DNA from: Botryllus schlosseri
Lineage: Eukaryota
DNA length: 64,000 nucleotides
Reading direction: 5' to 3'
Assembly (NCBI GenBank): GCA_051294905.1
Contig: CM119372.1
Location: 13,828,001-13,892,000 of the forward strand
The notes beneath the pieces are model-generated. The model was not told where the DNA came from and searched no databases. It saw nothing but the letters and a program-made list of their open reading frames with translations. Made by a program: the position numbers and the translations under genes. The first letter of the stretch is position 1. Each line of letters opens with the position of its first letter. Of this stretch, positions 39,501 to 51,497 are shown in pieces.

Positions 39501-41731
39501 TCTTGGGCTCTGAGAAAGAGGCAGTGATAGCTCGTCAGGAATACTACGCTTTATGGACTTTCACCCTGCGAGATTCCAGAAAAAAATCTTCAAATCGATG
39601 GCGTACTTACGTGACCAGGCGAGTTCACCACTTAAACGTTGTGTAATTGCTTATGGGATTTACGTTTGTGTTTATGATGCACATTTGAGATTCTAATTCG
39701 TGAATAGATATCTCTGTTCTATCAGGATAACAACCCGACAAACTTTACGAAATATGAGCGCCATGAGCGGAGCCAGGTTCCCTTTTTTCGACATTTTCGG
39801 ATTCAGATCAACGCCGGATTACGAATTACTGGTTTATGATGTTCACATATAGTTTGCTTACTTTGAAGCTTACGGATTACCTTCGTACCAGCACGACAAT
39901 TTTTCCGGATATGGATCTTGAATTCGGATTCGGAAGCAGGACCCGGGTTGTGTCAAATTTAGTCACACCTTATTCGGACCGGAGTCCGACAAAGCGGTCA
40001 CACATAGGCTATATTCGTAACTGTATTTATCTGTTCTATAGGTTCGCCAGAGGAGAACAGGAATTTTCGCGGCTGATCGATGATATGAAACGAACTACGG
40101 GGTTGCTTTGTGAGCTACTGACCAACCGATTGATATCACAAACGCAATACAGCTGCGATGAGACCACCAAAAATGAAATAGCAATAATTTTAAAAAAGTA
40201 GGTATAGCAAATATATGGATCTATTTGTTTATCACGTCACGCTGGTAGGCAGCACATTACTCAGAGCTTCGCAACCGGAACCGGTGGGTCGCGAATCTAT
40301 TTCATATGGGTCGCGAAGACGTTCTAAATGTTACACTCTCGTATTCATTTTTCTAGATATTCCAAACACTTTATATGCTCAAGATTAGAAGAGTAAATGT
40401 GCATTCTCCTCCTCCAAATTAAATTGTTTGCGCCCATTGGCTGCCAATCCAATAAGTCGCTGCTGAAGAGATTCGGCGTCCTAAACATAGAAGATATGCG
40501 GAAACTAGAAATCGCCAAGTTTATGTATCAGTTTCACTGCGGTCGTTGCCCCGAATATTTCAATGACTTCTTTACCTCTGAATCAAAAGCGCACAAGAAC
40601 AACACACGCGCGTCCACGTCGTCCAAATATCATATGATCGACCGAAAAGATCATCGCTCTATCAAATATGCCGGACGTAATGTGTGGAACAGTATCCCGC
40701 AGTCGACGAGCGTGTCCACATTCAAGTCGAAATAAAAGCAATTACTACTAAATAAATACAGTCCATCTTCAAGATTACCGGACCACGACTGACCTATCGA
40801 TCTCGCTTCCCATGACATGCCGCCCTATTTCTTGTCGCTTCCTTTTTCTATACTATCTTCTTTACTTTCATTCAGTGTGCATGCCTCCTCTTTACATCGC
40901 CTAGGCCAAGGTGGGTGTCCGATTCCATAGACAACTCCTAGTCGCTTCGACATCTTCCTTTCATTTCATTGTATCGCATTTTTTGTTGTGTATTGAACTG
41001 ATAAAATTGCTAATAAACCAATGATGATGATGATGAGCGCCACAAAGCCACGTTGCCGTTTTCACAATAATCCGTGAGCCAGATATTCGTCACTGTCATA
41101 TTGATTGGAGCGTGAAATCTGAGAGTGCGTTATTGTGTAATGTGTATACGTGAGATTGAAATTCATTCTTTCCTCCAATGACTTCGCGAACGTTGATCGG
41201 GAAATCCAGCAATCCAGCCCGATTTGCCATTATAATCAGCAGACGATTGCCGACACGCAAGATACTCACTACTCATAACCCCTTTGTGTTCGACGTAATA
41301 GACGAATTTCTGATTGGATACACGCTTTCTCGTGTGTTGTTGTTTGTGGTATTCAGTGTTTGACCGAAGGCCATCATTAATTCGGGAAAATATTCTCGCT
41401 AGGTGGGGCCAGATAACCGTAAGGCACTGACAAAATAAAAGCTGGCGCCCACGAGAAGTGGTAGAGGATCTACACTCAAAAAATGGTGTTGCCTCAAATT
41501 GAATGGCAAAACGGAAAAAAAATTGGCCGCAGCCATTTTCTGCAGAACGCCACCGTAATAGAGCTGCAATTTATTGAAATTTCCGCAGGACCCTCACGCT
41601 CCAGCTGCCACGGCTGCGCGTCATTTCATAACTCGTTACATGGCACGATGTCTTCGCCGTCGCACTTGCTCGACGCGATTAGGCAGTCACGCAGAGAACG
41701 AACTTTAGATAGTTGTCAGCCGATGCTATGA
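33572..41731 (+). CDS. Uncharacterised multi-exon protein, possibly with death-fold (CARD-like) segments; 3' structure uncertain
   Basis: Phase-consistent exons: 33572-33690 (MDTGVTSARS..EADRVLTR), 34391-34469, 34534-34612, ~36188-36268, ~36597-36793, 37875-38187, 39192-~39417 and 39485-~39618. Further candidates are ~35674-35875, 39726-39831, 40042-40197 and 41589-41731, whose phases do not all reconcile. Confidence 0.6.
34640..34937 (+). mobile_element. 3' UTR fragment of a CR1/L2-group LINE with (TGA)n tail
   Basis: Near-identical to 40745-41036, which follows an ORF2 C-terminus. Ends AATAAACC..(GAT)n. Shorter copies at ~35255-35480 and ~38850-38960. Confidence 0.75.
37117..37549. mobile_element. 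MITE with TAGGGTTG(C/T)ATTTAAAAC TIRs
   Basis: TAGGGTTGTATTTAAAAC...GTTTTAAATGCAACCCTA. Partial inverse copy at ~58632-58930 and fragment at ~35107. Confidence 0.75.
38285..38566. mobile_element. hAT-type MITE
   Basis: TIRs TAGTGGTTCCAAACC...GGTTGGAAACCACTG, perfect TSD GGCTATGT. Confidence 0.82.
40410..41036 (+). mobile_element. 5'-truncated CR1/L2-group LINE (ORF2 C-terminus, 3' UTR, (TGA)n tail)
   Basis: LLKRFGVLNIEDMRKLEIAKFMYQF...HKNNTR...SIKYAGRNVWNSIP..TFKSK is the typical end of CR1-group ORF2. AATAAA then TGATGATGA tail. Confidence 0.8.
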
Positions 41732-41895
41732 AGGAAATATGTCTAAAGCCCTACAAAACAAGCGGGCTAAGCCAATCGATATCATAATAATCTGACATAT
41801 CCAATGCGAAAATTCGTAAGGCCCAAATGCATTATGTGGACCCAGTTCTACTCCTACAGGTCAAGGAAAGGCTAGTAATTAGGGCTGGGTAAAAT

Positions 41896-42457
41896 CATAG
41901 TGTCCTATATGGTGTCGACACAAGCAAATCTCACGCCTCAGTGAAATTGTATCACGTCACTATTTCCATTTGGCTACAGGCAATTTGACGGTCATTTTTG
42001 ACCGGCTTGCCGAGCATTACATTTGGTAAAACTGGTATCAATCGAAAGCTGACTTTGCACTGATTACGAAAATATAAGTTTTATTCCGCTCGCGGCCCTG
42101 GAACCCCCACAATCAGCCTCGAATTTTTCATTGTTATGGAGATTGGCATTGAGACGCAACAATGCTGTCTGGCGAAACGAGAGATTGGCCTTGTTGCGTC
42201 CCAATGCCAATCTCCATAACAATGAAAAATTCGAGGCTGATTGTGGGAGTTCCAGGGCCACGAGTGGAATAAAATTTATATTTTCGTAATCAGTGCAGAG
42301 TCAGCTTCCGATTGATACCCGTTTTACCAAATTTAATGCTCGGCAAGCTGGTCAAAAATGACCGTCAAATTGCCTGTAGCCAAATGGAATTTGTGACGTG
42401 ATACAATTTCACTGAGCCGTGAGATTTGCTTGTGTCGACACCATATAGGACACTATG
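41896..42457. mobile_element. Family-Y fold-back MITE, intact (P-element-like)
   Basis: Almost wholly palindromic 562 bp, CATAGTGTCC...GGACACTATG, 7-bp TSD GTAAAAT. Confidence 0.9.
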
Positions 42458-42761
42458 GTAAAATCGAGTACCTGAGTGATTCGATTCTGAGTTCTCGATT
42501 CGAGTAATCGAGTACCAACAATTATGACGTCATAACATAATGTTATGCGTCAAAGTTCAAATATGTACCGTTTATGCCACCACAAAGAATATAATGCCTG
42601 TTATCCATCTCATAAATGATACTTTGGTATTTTTCGGACCAAATCGATTTCATTCCACTTGGTGACAATGTTGTGAGATTATCATGACTTCGGAAATGTG
42701 CTGCGTCCAGTAACCTTCGTGGGTTTGTACTATATGTTTCGTATGCTACGATACCGCCAAG

Positions 42762-44662
42762 CAGTGGCGGCTCGTCCTATAGGGCAACTGGGGCATTGCC
42801 CCACCTAAAATTCTGTTCAATAACAATTCTTTACCATTTATAGACGCACACCTATCTATATAAACCGAAATCACAGCGAAAATCGTATACTTCTTGTCCT
42901 TTCGCTTGTAAATGCCCATATATAGCGAAGTCTATGCGAAAATCGAATTCTCTTCTGTGTTTTCGCTTTGCGAATGCCTAGCCGGGGCTTGCCCCGGTAG
43001 CGCTCATAACAAGCTTTCACTGTCTATCCTCTCAAAACCGCGCACAATAAGGAAACGGTGATTTACTCTCTCCTATTCATAAAATTACCGAGCAACCGGG
43101 GCACGATAGCTCTGTGCCCTTAAGGTGTGATGTAACAATCGTATCTATAGCTGAACTCTGTTACCGTCATATGCGTTTAGTCGACCTTTGCTGGTATAGG
43201 TCGATTTTAATGGGGTTTCACACCATGAAAACTCTTGAAACTTGTTATGTCATGTCGTGATGGTGGTATTTAACACTGCCCCAAGTTTCAGGGTTTCTAC
43301 TTAAAGTTTAGGGTAGTAATTCCGTTTCCGAAGTTGAGTGTGTGCTGATCCGTCATGTATCGCAAACAGATTTTACTCAAAAGCCGGTATTGGTATCCAT
43401 TGGTTTTGACGGTGTTCAATACTGAGATCGGTTATGACATTTGGCACGGTAAGTCTTAACGTTAGTATCGAACGCTCTACCAAGTGTAAAGTTTGTCACT
43501 GAACTGTGTTAGTGGTAATTTCGTTTCCTAATTCGAGTGAGAGCTGACTCGTCATTTATCGCTAACAGATTATACGCAAAGCCGGTATTGGTCTCTATTG
43601 ATTTTAACGATGCTCCTTACCTAGATCCGTCATAAGCTTTTGCACGGTATGTCTTGATTTTAGTATCGAACGCTGTGCCAAGTCTCAAGGTTGACACTCA
43701 ATGATTAGGGCAGTAATTTCGTTATCAAGGTCGAGTATGGTAAAGATGTGCTCCGATCTGACACTTTAGCCTACAACACATTGCGGATTTCACGCAAAAG
43801 CCGGTGTATCTGCGGTAACGTTAAGTGAGATGATGATATCATTCTCAGTTTGCATTCAAATATTTACTTTGATCGTATATTCTCCAATGTCAATTTCACC
43901 GTGAAATTGTGGCCTTCAAGCCATTTGCGTACAACCCCCCACCCCCCCCCGTCACTTGATCAGCCTATTCCTCAGTAAATTTTACGCAAAATTCGGTGTT
44001 GGTCTGTTCGCATTAATTTTGACAGTGTACCATACCGAAAAGGGCCATGAGGCCACTTCTCGATAATGTCATGTAACAGTGTACCAAGTTTAGGGCTTTC
44101 ATCCACGTATTTATTCGGTAATATATTTTTCAAAGGCGATTTCGCAGCAGACCTATAAGACAGTAATAAAAACGTATGTGTCGTGTTACAGTCTCCAGTT
44201 TCAAGGCCAAAATCTCTTATGCTGTACCGAGACCAAATTTCCGAGGCTGCTATTCTTAGTCCTTTACAATGATGTTTTGGATTCAATAGGACAGGCCCAA
44301 TCTATGAGATAACAATTGCGTATCTGTCCGAATTCGTTGACCTTTCCAATTAGGCTTACGCTATCTCTCGAGTTATAGTCATTTCCATTTCTGCAGATAA
44401 TTAGTCAGGTCTAATGCGAACATGAACCGTGTTGAATCTTTGTTCCGTACGCCGTTTACGCAGTTACCACACTTCAAGTCACAGCTCACCAGCGGACCTC
44501 TCGTGGCACATACGTTAAAATCACTGTTGCCGGGAAATTCATGTTACCGTACCATCATTAAGTTACTTGTTTACGTTGGAAAACGCCATTGTGACGTCAT
44601 CTTGATAAAAAGTCGCTTGCAGCCCTTGCCCCACCACCCGATATTGTCACGAGCCGCCACTG
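42762..44662 (+). mobile_element. Family-V hAT deletion derivative, second copy
   Basis: Same TIRs as 11046-13285, perfect TSD CCGCCAAG. Keeps only MNRVESLFRTPFTQLP of the transposase. Confidence 0.88.
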
Positions 44663-44999
44663 CCGCCAAGCAAGGTGTCAAGGCTTCAACAGTGAAAATT
44701 AGTATCGAAACTATAATTCTCATAGATAAATTAACTTTCAGTTGCTAGAAGCGCAAACTTTCAGTACTCGAAAAAATCATCTTTTACTACTCGACTCGAA
44801 TCATCAAAATTAATACTCGATTCAGATTCGAGTACTCGAATCATTGTGCCCAGCTCTACTGGTAATGTGTTCTCGCTTCTACCGAAGCGCCAATAGAAAG
44901 TATCAACATCGCAACGTTTTTCTGCGACGCGATTGCACTTCGCAACACAAGCTCATTGCCCTCATTCTCGCCACGCAGCCGCTCATTCGCCCCTGAGCT

Positions 45000-45294
45000 G
45001 CGGTCTCGTTTGACCAGACAGCATTGTTGCATCACAATGCCAATCTCCATAACAATGAAAAGTTCGAGGTTAATTGTGGGGGTTCCACGGCGATGAGCGG
45101 AATAAAATGTATACTTTCGTGATCAGTACAGCGGTAGCTTTCGATTGATATTCGTTTTGTCAAATTTAGTGCTCGACAAGCCGGTCAAAAATTACCGTCA
45201 AATTTCCTTTAGCCAAATGGAAAGTGTGACGTATAGACCAATCGCAATGAGCCGTGAGATTTCCTTCCGTCCACACTATATAGGAGACACTATG
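45000..45294. mobile_element. Diverged right half of a family-Y fold-back MITE
   Basis: Similar to 42190-42457, ends GAGACACTATG. Confidence 0.7.
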
Positions 45295-46890
45295 ATTTGA
45301 CTATCCTGGGCCTGGCGCGAGAGAATAGCTTCCTTTTCCACAACCACGTGACTGAATGGAACTATAGCTACCAGCTATTAAATTCCCCGGCGACGTGAAT
45401 CACGAGTTGCAATGGCTCGCCAATGCTCGAATACCGAAACCGATTATTGTTTTTCACCGCCATTTTGGTGAGCAACACATCTTCATGTTGACAAATGCAA
45501 TTATCCGACGTTACATAATGATGTGATGTAAAATTCCATGCCTAGAGAGGCATATGTCTTCGGTCCTCACTCCTCACTCAGCTTCGCGAAGTTCATATCT
45601 CCTTCAATATTGGAGTATTCATGCTAGTAAAAACCACAGCACGGTTATCAGTACAGTGATTACATAATGCGGTGTACGATGATATAATACAGCGAAAGGC
45701 GCACAATGTTCAAACGTTCTATGAAATCAGGCAATTTCAGGGTCATGAATCATAATTGTCAGTCATGACGTGATTTCCCTCGACTGATGATTGAACTAGC
45801 AATTATAATATGATATTTGCTTGCTGGAAAATGCGCACGGCATAACGTGATTGCTATGTAGTCCGGAACATATGGAATACGCAAATGCGAATGACTTCGA
45901 ATGACTATTGTTGTTCCGTTCATACTCTTGTGCTGACAATCCATAACACAAGACGCATACACATCAGATTTTGTATGTATTTCGCCAAGAATAGCATTTC
46001 TGCAACCATAATAGTTCGTTATCTATTCGATGTATCCATTTCAAAGTGTATTTTTCGAAGTTATTCGTGTTCTTGTCGAATATTGAGCCGTATTGAGAAA
46101 CAATGCAGCAGCAATGACAAAAATTAGTCAAAACAATATTCTGTTTCGACTTGAGTTAAGTGCAATATTGCATGAGGATTTCAAGGCTTCAGCGGTTGTT
46201 AAAACTTGAGTTAAAATTCATACTGAAAGTTACAAACGGTTACTCAGATTTCAGATTCAGATTTCAGATTCGAGAAAGTCTTCAATAGTTTCTTGGAATA
46301 GTGGCGCGCCAAATCTGGCGCAAGCCTTACGACACATCGCAACATCACCATACTTTCGTCCGGTCGCATACTCGTATATGAATCCTCGTAATGATTTATA
46401 AATTATTCCTCGCAGATACACCAGATACGTCATATCAATCTATACCCGATACCAAATCTTTCTCGTGGAAGCAGTAGGTGAACATTTTCTGGCGGCTCTG
46501 GCGTCTGGAAATGCTTCTATCTTCAGTGCCCAGGTGGTAAATGATAGTTATGAAAATATGTGTTATTTCTTTTAATTTCTCCGCCCGATGATTTCGTACA
46601 GATGCGTCTCATCGACGCGCCAGCCGGACTGCAGACTTTCCAAGACGCGTGTCTCAACTTGGTGGACGTGACGTTTTGGCGCACGAACGCATCGGGAAGC
46701 ATCCGGTCCAAGGAAGGTGCTGCCTTGATGAAGCATCTTGCTGCGCAAGGTATTGAAGGCAAATATAGGTCGGAAAGCTATGATATTAACTAGAATAAAG
46801 TGAAAATAATGAATATCCTGTATACATTCCGTCCTCAACAAGTCGGCAGAAACGGAATTCAAATAAAGAATATCGGCAAGGTGTAAATTG

Positions 46891-47160
46891 GGTGGCGAGA
46901 TAGCGTGGTATAATCCACAGCTACAACAACACCAATAGGTTGTGGGTTCGAGTGCGACTGAGGTCAACTCCAGAATCCCTACCTAAATATTGGAGGTCCA
47001 TCTAGGCATCTCATCCATGTTAGCTGCAGTCTCTTAAAAAATACTAGAAGTGGGCCATGCTACAAGTAGGCAGCTTCGGAATCAAAAAATAAGAAGTATC
47101 GGCCTTGTATAAATGACCATTGTAGTCGACAAACACCATGAATAACACAAACAACAATAA
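46891..47160 (+). mobile_element. tRNA-derived SINE copy
   Basis: Homologous to 33184-33470, B box GGTTCGAGTGC, 3' end AGTCGACAAACACCATGAATA. Confidence 0.8.
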
Positions 47161-47685
47161 AAGCATTAATAAATAATAATCAATCATGCTTCATTTATGT
47201 TCGTAACTTAGTCTACTGCAGTGGTTTCTAAAGTCATATTGTACACCACTTATCTATTATAATGCATTAAATGTGTAGTTCGATGATGTGTACTGTAGTA
47301 GATTTTTGTTTTTATGACTCAGCGAAAATTTGGGGTTCCGCGAAGGCTTGAAGATTAGCGTAAGTGTCCCGCGGAATAGTAAAGGTCAAGAACCACTGCT
47401 CTATAGATGGTGGAGATGTGTAATAACCAGCAAGATCGTCGCATTATCCCACAGTAGCAGTAGGTATTAGCAGGTGGACGTGTATGTGGTTTGACAGTTT
47501 GTCAGACAACGGATTAAGCGGCAATTTGTCCCAGTATACTCATATATAGAACCAGGTTATTGCTCACTATCGAAATCAAGGCTTGCAAGATACTAGAGTA
47601 GCGGAATTAATCCAACCGTTGCAGACATTGTCTCGTATCTTGATATGTAGGAACACATCTGCTAGTATTGTACATGACTATAGGG

Positions 47686-48608
47686 CAGTGGTCGGGAACC
47701 CATCGCTCGCGAGCCATATATGGCTCTTTTGGGTACAAGATATGGCTCTTTGCCAAATATTTATTTTTGTACTGAATTGATCAATATTGCAGAGACTTGT
47801 TGATAAATTTTCATCACGGCCCGAATAATTATTCTCGTGACAGTATAAACATGTATTTGAGAGGTAAAGACAATGTCATCTTCATGTTCAGGGGCTCGAT
47901 CCCCCTCTTTTCAAAATCATAAAATTTAAGTTACTGTCACGCCGGCAGTCAATACCACTGGCAAATTCTGGGTACTCGACTCGAAATCTTGAATTGTGCG
48001 ACACGTTGATTAATCAAAGAGCATAGCAGACATGGTTACGCCCATTTCAAAACGCAGTTTTCAAATATACATTGTCTTCCTGATCTACGGCGCGAAATGA
48101 ACTGCCGTGAACGTGACATTCACAATTACAATCTCGAATTACAAGCAACGCCATAGCTATCCACGTTCTTGATTGGTAAGTATAGCTCTGTAGTACCGGC
48201 GATAAAATGTATGCATGCAGCGCAACGCTATGTTACCGTCGAATATCTTGACAATTGAGAAGTATTTAAACTTTCGGAATCAGTGTGACAGTTACATTCG
48301 AATAATATCAGTTATATTAAATTCTAAGCTACTTACAATGAATTGCGTTATCAATGGTGAGGCTTGGCCCGTCTGTGCCATACCTCTTGTTTCGAGCTTT
48401 ATTTTCGAACAATACATACCAGTTTTTACAGAGAAAATATGGCGCATATGAGGAATCTCATGTATTGAGTTCGAATTACTGCTACCATGACGTGACGATT
48501 TTTCAATTGTGACGTAACAGTAGAGTGACATGAATGACTCTTTGGGAGTTGAGATGGAAAAAATAGGGCCAATATGGCTCTTCGGACAAAAAAGGTTCCC
48601 GACCACTG
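47686..48608. mobile_element. hAT (Buster-like) MITE
   Basis: TIRs CAGTGGTCGGGAACC...GGTTCCCGACCACTG, perfect TSD CTATAGGG. Confidence 0.88.
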
Positions 48609-48861
48609 CTATAGGGCATTAGGTCGAGGTAGATCACGTGGATGTCCGTTTAAAAGACCGTACCTGGTCGTTCAGCATCCTGCTATCTGTTCATTACATC
48701 GCATTATGTCTTATCACATTGTACATTGTGTATGTTTTGATCAGAAGAAAATATATTCTGACGATTATTATTCTTGATGGTAGATACTGAATGGTGTCAA
48801 TATATCCGAATGAGTAATTAGAAGATTCGTAGATGATTTCCAGGACATTAACACATGCTGG

Positions 48862-49905
48862 CAGAGGTGGTCAAAGTAGTAAAGAAAGCTACTCAAGTAG
48901 AAGTAGAACTAGAACTTTTAAAAGCAACCTAAAACTGCTTGAAGTAGAGTTAGAATTTCCTGACTTTAAAATCGACTCATGTAAGCAAGTAATTATGAAA
49001 ACGGTCATAATTCGGTTGCGCGGACGGTCAAAAGCTGCAAATTGAGCTATGTGGAAGGTGTAGAGAGCTTGATTCATATTGATGCATCCCAGGAGGCATC
49101 AATTTTCGACAGAATAAGCATTCGTCCTCATCATGGCATGGCGCCCTCCCCATGTTATAAGGCCCGTAGTTTAGTCGAAGAGCAATACGGTGGAGTGGTA
49201 TCGGATACGGTGTTAACACTTTGCGCGAATAATAAACGTTAATAAAAAATATGGCGGATCGTAAATATTCCATATAGTGTTCAACATATATGTTCTCCAG
49301 ACAAAAGAACTGAAACTAAGTAGAACTCAAAGCATGACACTAGGAATTGAGAAAAAAATACAAATACTACTTCTAAGAAGTGGAAAATATATTTCATGTC
49401 TTTTGTTCAGAAAGTTTCAACCTTGGTCTGCTAAAATAAATCTAACGCTCAATCCACTCAATCCACATTTCCAGATTAGGACACGGGACGGGTTGCTAGA
49501 TTACGATGTGATAGGTAATTGCTAGATTGAGAAATAGTAGTTTCAAACGTTATGGTGGGCCATATTTGTTGTGATTTCATATGGGCGACAATGCGGTGTG
49601 AACGGAACCACACAACCCGCTACCCGCTACTAAGCGCGGCGAAAATTCTGGTCTTTACCTAACTTTTATGATAATCAAATGTTGGTAATCCGTGAAAACA
49701 GCCCCGAAATTATTCAGGCTATCTTTCTGATTAGAGGATTAAACTGCTTCTGCTGAAAATAGCGAAAAGTAAATAAGTAGATGACATAATTTGACGAAGT
49801 AGAAGTATCCGAAATTTTATTTACTTGATTAAGTACCGCAAGTAGCGGAAAACTACTTGAGCACTTCGAAAAAGTAGAAGTATACTTCGTTACTGACCAC
49901 CTCTA
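48862..49905. mobile_element. hAT-type MITE with AAGTAG subterminal repeats
   Basis: TIRs CAGAGGTGGTCA...TGACCACCTCTA, perfect TSD CATGCTGG. Confidence 0.85.
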
Positions 49906-51497
49906 CATGCTGGTCGGCAAGCACTATCAACAGATGTCCAAGTGATGACTTATTTGCCATTTTGAAAATCACGACGGTATTTCCTATCACACTCATCTAT
50001 CTATCCTCGGGGCGTGTCAGCACACTCAGTTCTCTCTTGCCAGTTGCAATCTTCGGTTTCGACGTCATCTATAGGGCTATTCGAAGACATCACACAACAG
50101 ACTTCCTATTTGATGCTGCTGTATCAGTACGCCTAAATTTACGAGAAACCGATGGGTAGTGTTAGATAACGCAGCCTGCAGCAACTTTTGCCTTTGTATT
50201 TTAGTGTTGCTGCTCTCAACAAAACGCTTTTTGCAGTCATCGTTCAAGTGTGCAGACTCCTTGATTGCGTCCGGATTGTACCAGGGACTCCAGATAACTG
50301 ACATGATGAGGTTATGTCACGGAAACTGCTGTCCATTACATTGACATCAGAGCTGAAGTCAAACCCATCCCAAACTTTGCCAATATGATCAGACATAGAC
50401 ATGCAGTGTTAGCCTACAGATCCAACAATTTCCAAATATGTACATTGTACAAGTTTTCTTTAAAATATTTGAAGCAGTGACCGTATGTTCTATATATAGT
50501 TCTGCGCATTTACAGGCATCACGCAGGTGCACCCGACACCGACACGCTCGATTTTGGTGTAAGTGACGCCGTCGGCCGTTGTGACACGGAATTGTCTTGT
50601 CTCTGTCAATTGGGACGGTATCAAATTAAAGTTTGGACTTTTCGTAAGGGGGTCGGTGCAATAGGTTGTCTGTGCACACCTTCGATCCTCGCGATATTGT
50701 TGCTGTCTGGAACACAGAGACGAAGACTGTTAAATACAATCCAGCTTTATGTTCGAATATACGTATGACCCTACACTACATATCCATACACAAAAATTAG
50801 TACATCAAAAAGAAGAAGTACTTCGTTACTGACCACCTCAGCCCAGGGCTCCCCTGGAGGTCTATCTCCTATATTTATAATCTCTTTTGCAATTAAGCAG
50901 TTATTATCACGCTACTGCGTTTCGACGGAATAATACGATGTCACTTTCCAATGGAAAAGCCTCGTATTTCCTAACTAGTATCTGAAAGGGAACAGAAGAA
51001 GTCGCACTGATTTGCAAGAAATACTCATTATACTGCTTTGGTTTCGTGTGAAAATCATCTTTGAATGGTTTTGTTCTTTTAAAACTATGTTGACTTGATA
51101 CACATTGAACAGTTCATTTTGCGCACCTGTAATCTATAGTAATGTATATTTTCGATGATCATTGTAGTAGTTATTTGTTTTTATGACTCAGGGAAAATCT
51201 GGTGTTCCCCAGGGTACGGGTTGATAACCACTGTTCTGTAGTCATTGCTCCAAATGACAGAGTTTCATTCAAAATATCACACAGAAATGCATTCAAAGCC
51301 ATTAAGCAACCAGCAATGAGAATCCATACTTGATTACAGACGATGGTATTATACGTCACTGATCTTTCAAACAAGTTTTACTGTCAAACTATACTCAAGT
51401 AGATTCTGAATTCCTACATTATAGATCTACTTTAGAATTGCTACCTAACTGTTGGAGGTTTATGTAGGCTCCTCCTCGCCATCTCATCCGTGTAAGC

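Larger units (their letters stand above)
41880..44858. mobile_element. Family-W hAT-type MITE hosting a family-Y fold-back and a family-V element
   Basis: TIRs TAGGGCTGGG...CCCAGCTCTA, TSD CTAGTAAT/CTGGTAAT. Confidence 0.8.
46416..50560 (+). other. Cluster of candidate coding exons (continuation of the 33572 gene or a separate gene)
   Basis: AG/GT-bounded open stretches: 46416-46533 (YTRYVISIYTRYQIFLVEAVGEHFLAALASGNASIFSAQ) joins in phase to 46602-46749 (MRLIDAPAGLQTFQDACLNLV..KHLAAQ). Others are 47431-47555, and 50205-50310 joining 50516-50558. No homology recognised. Confidence 0.35.
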
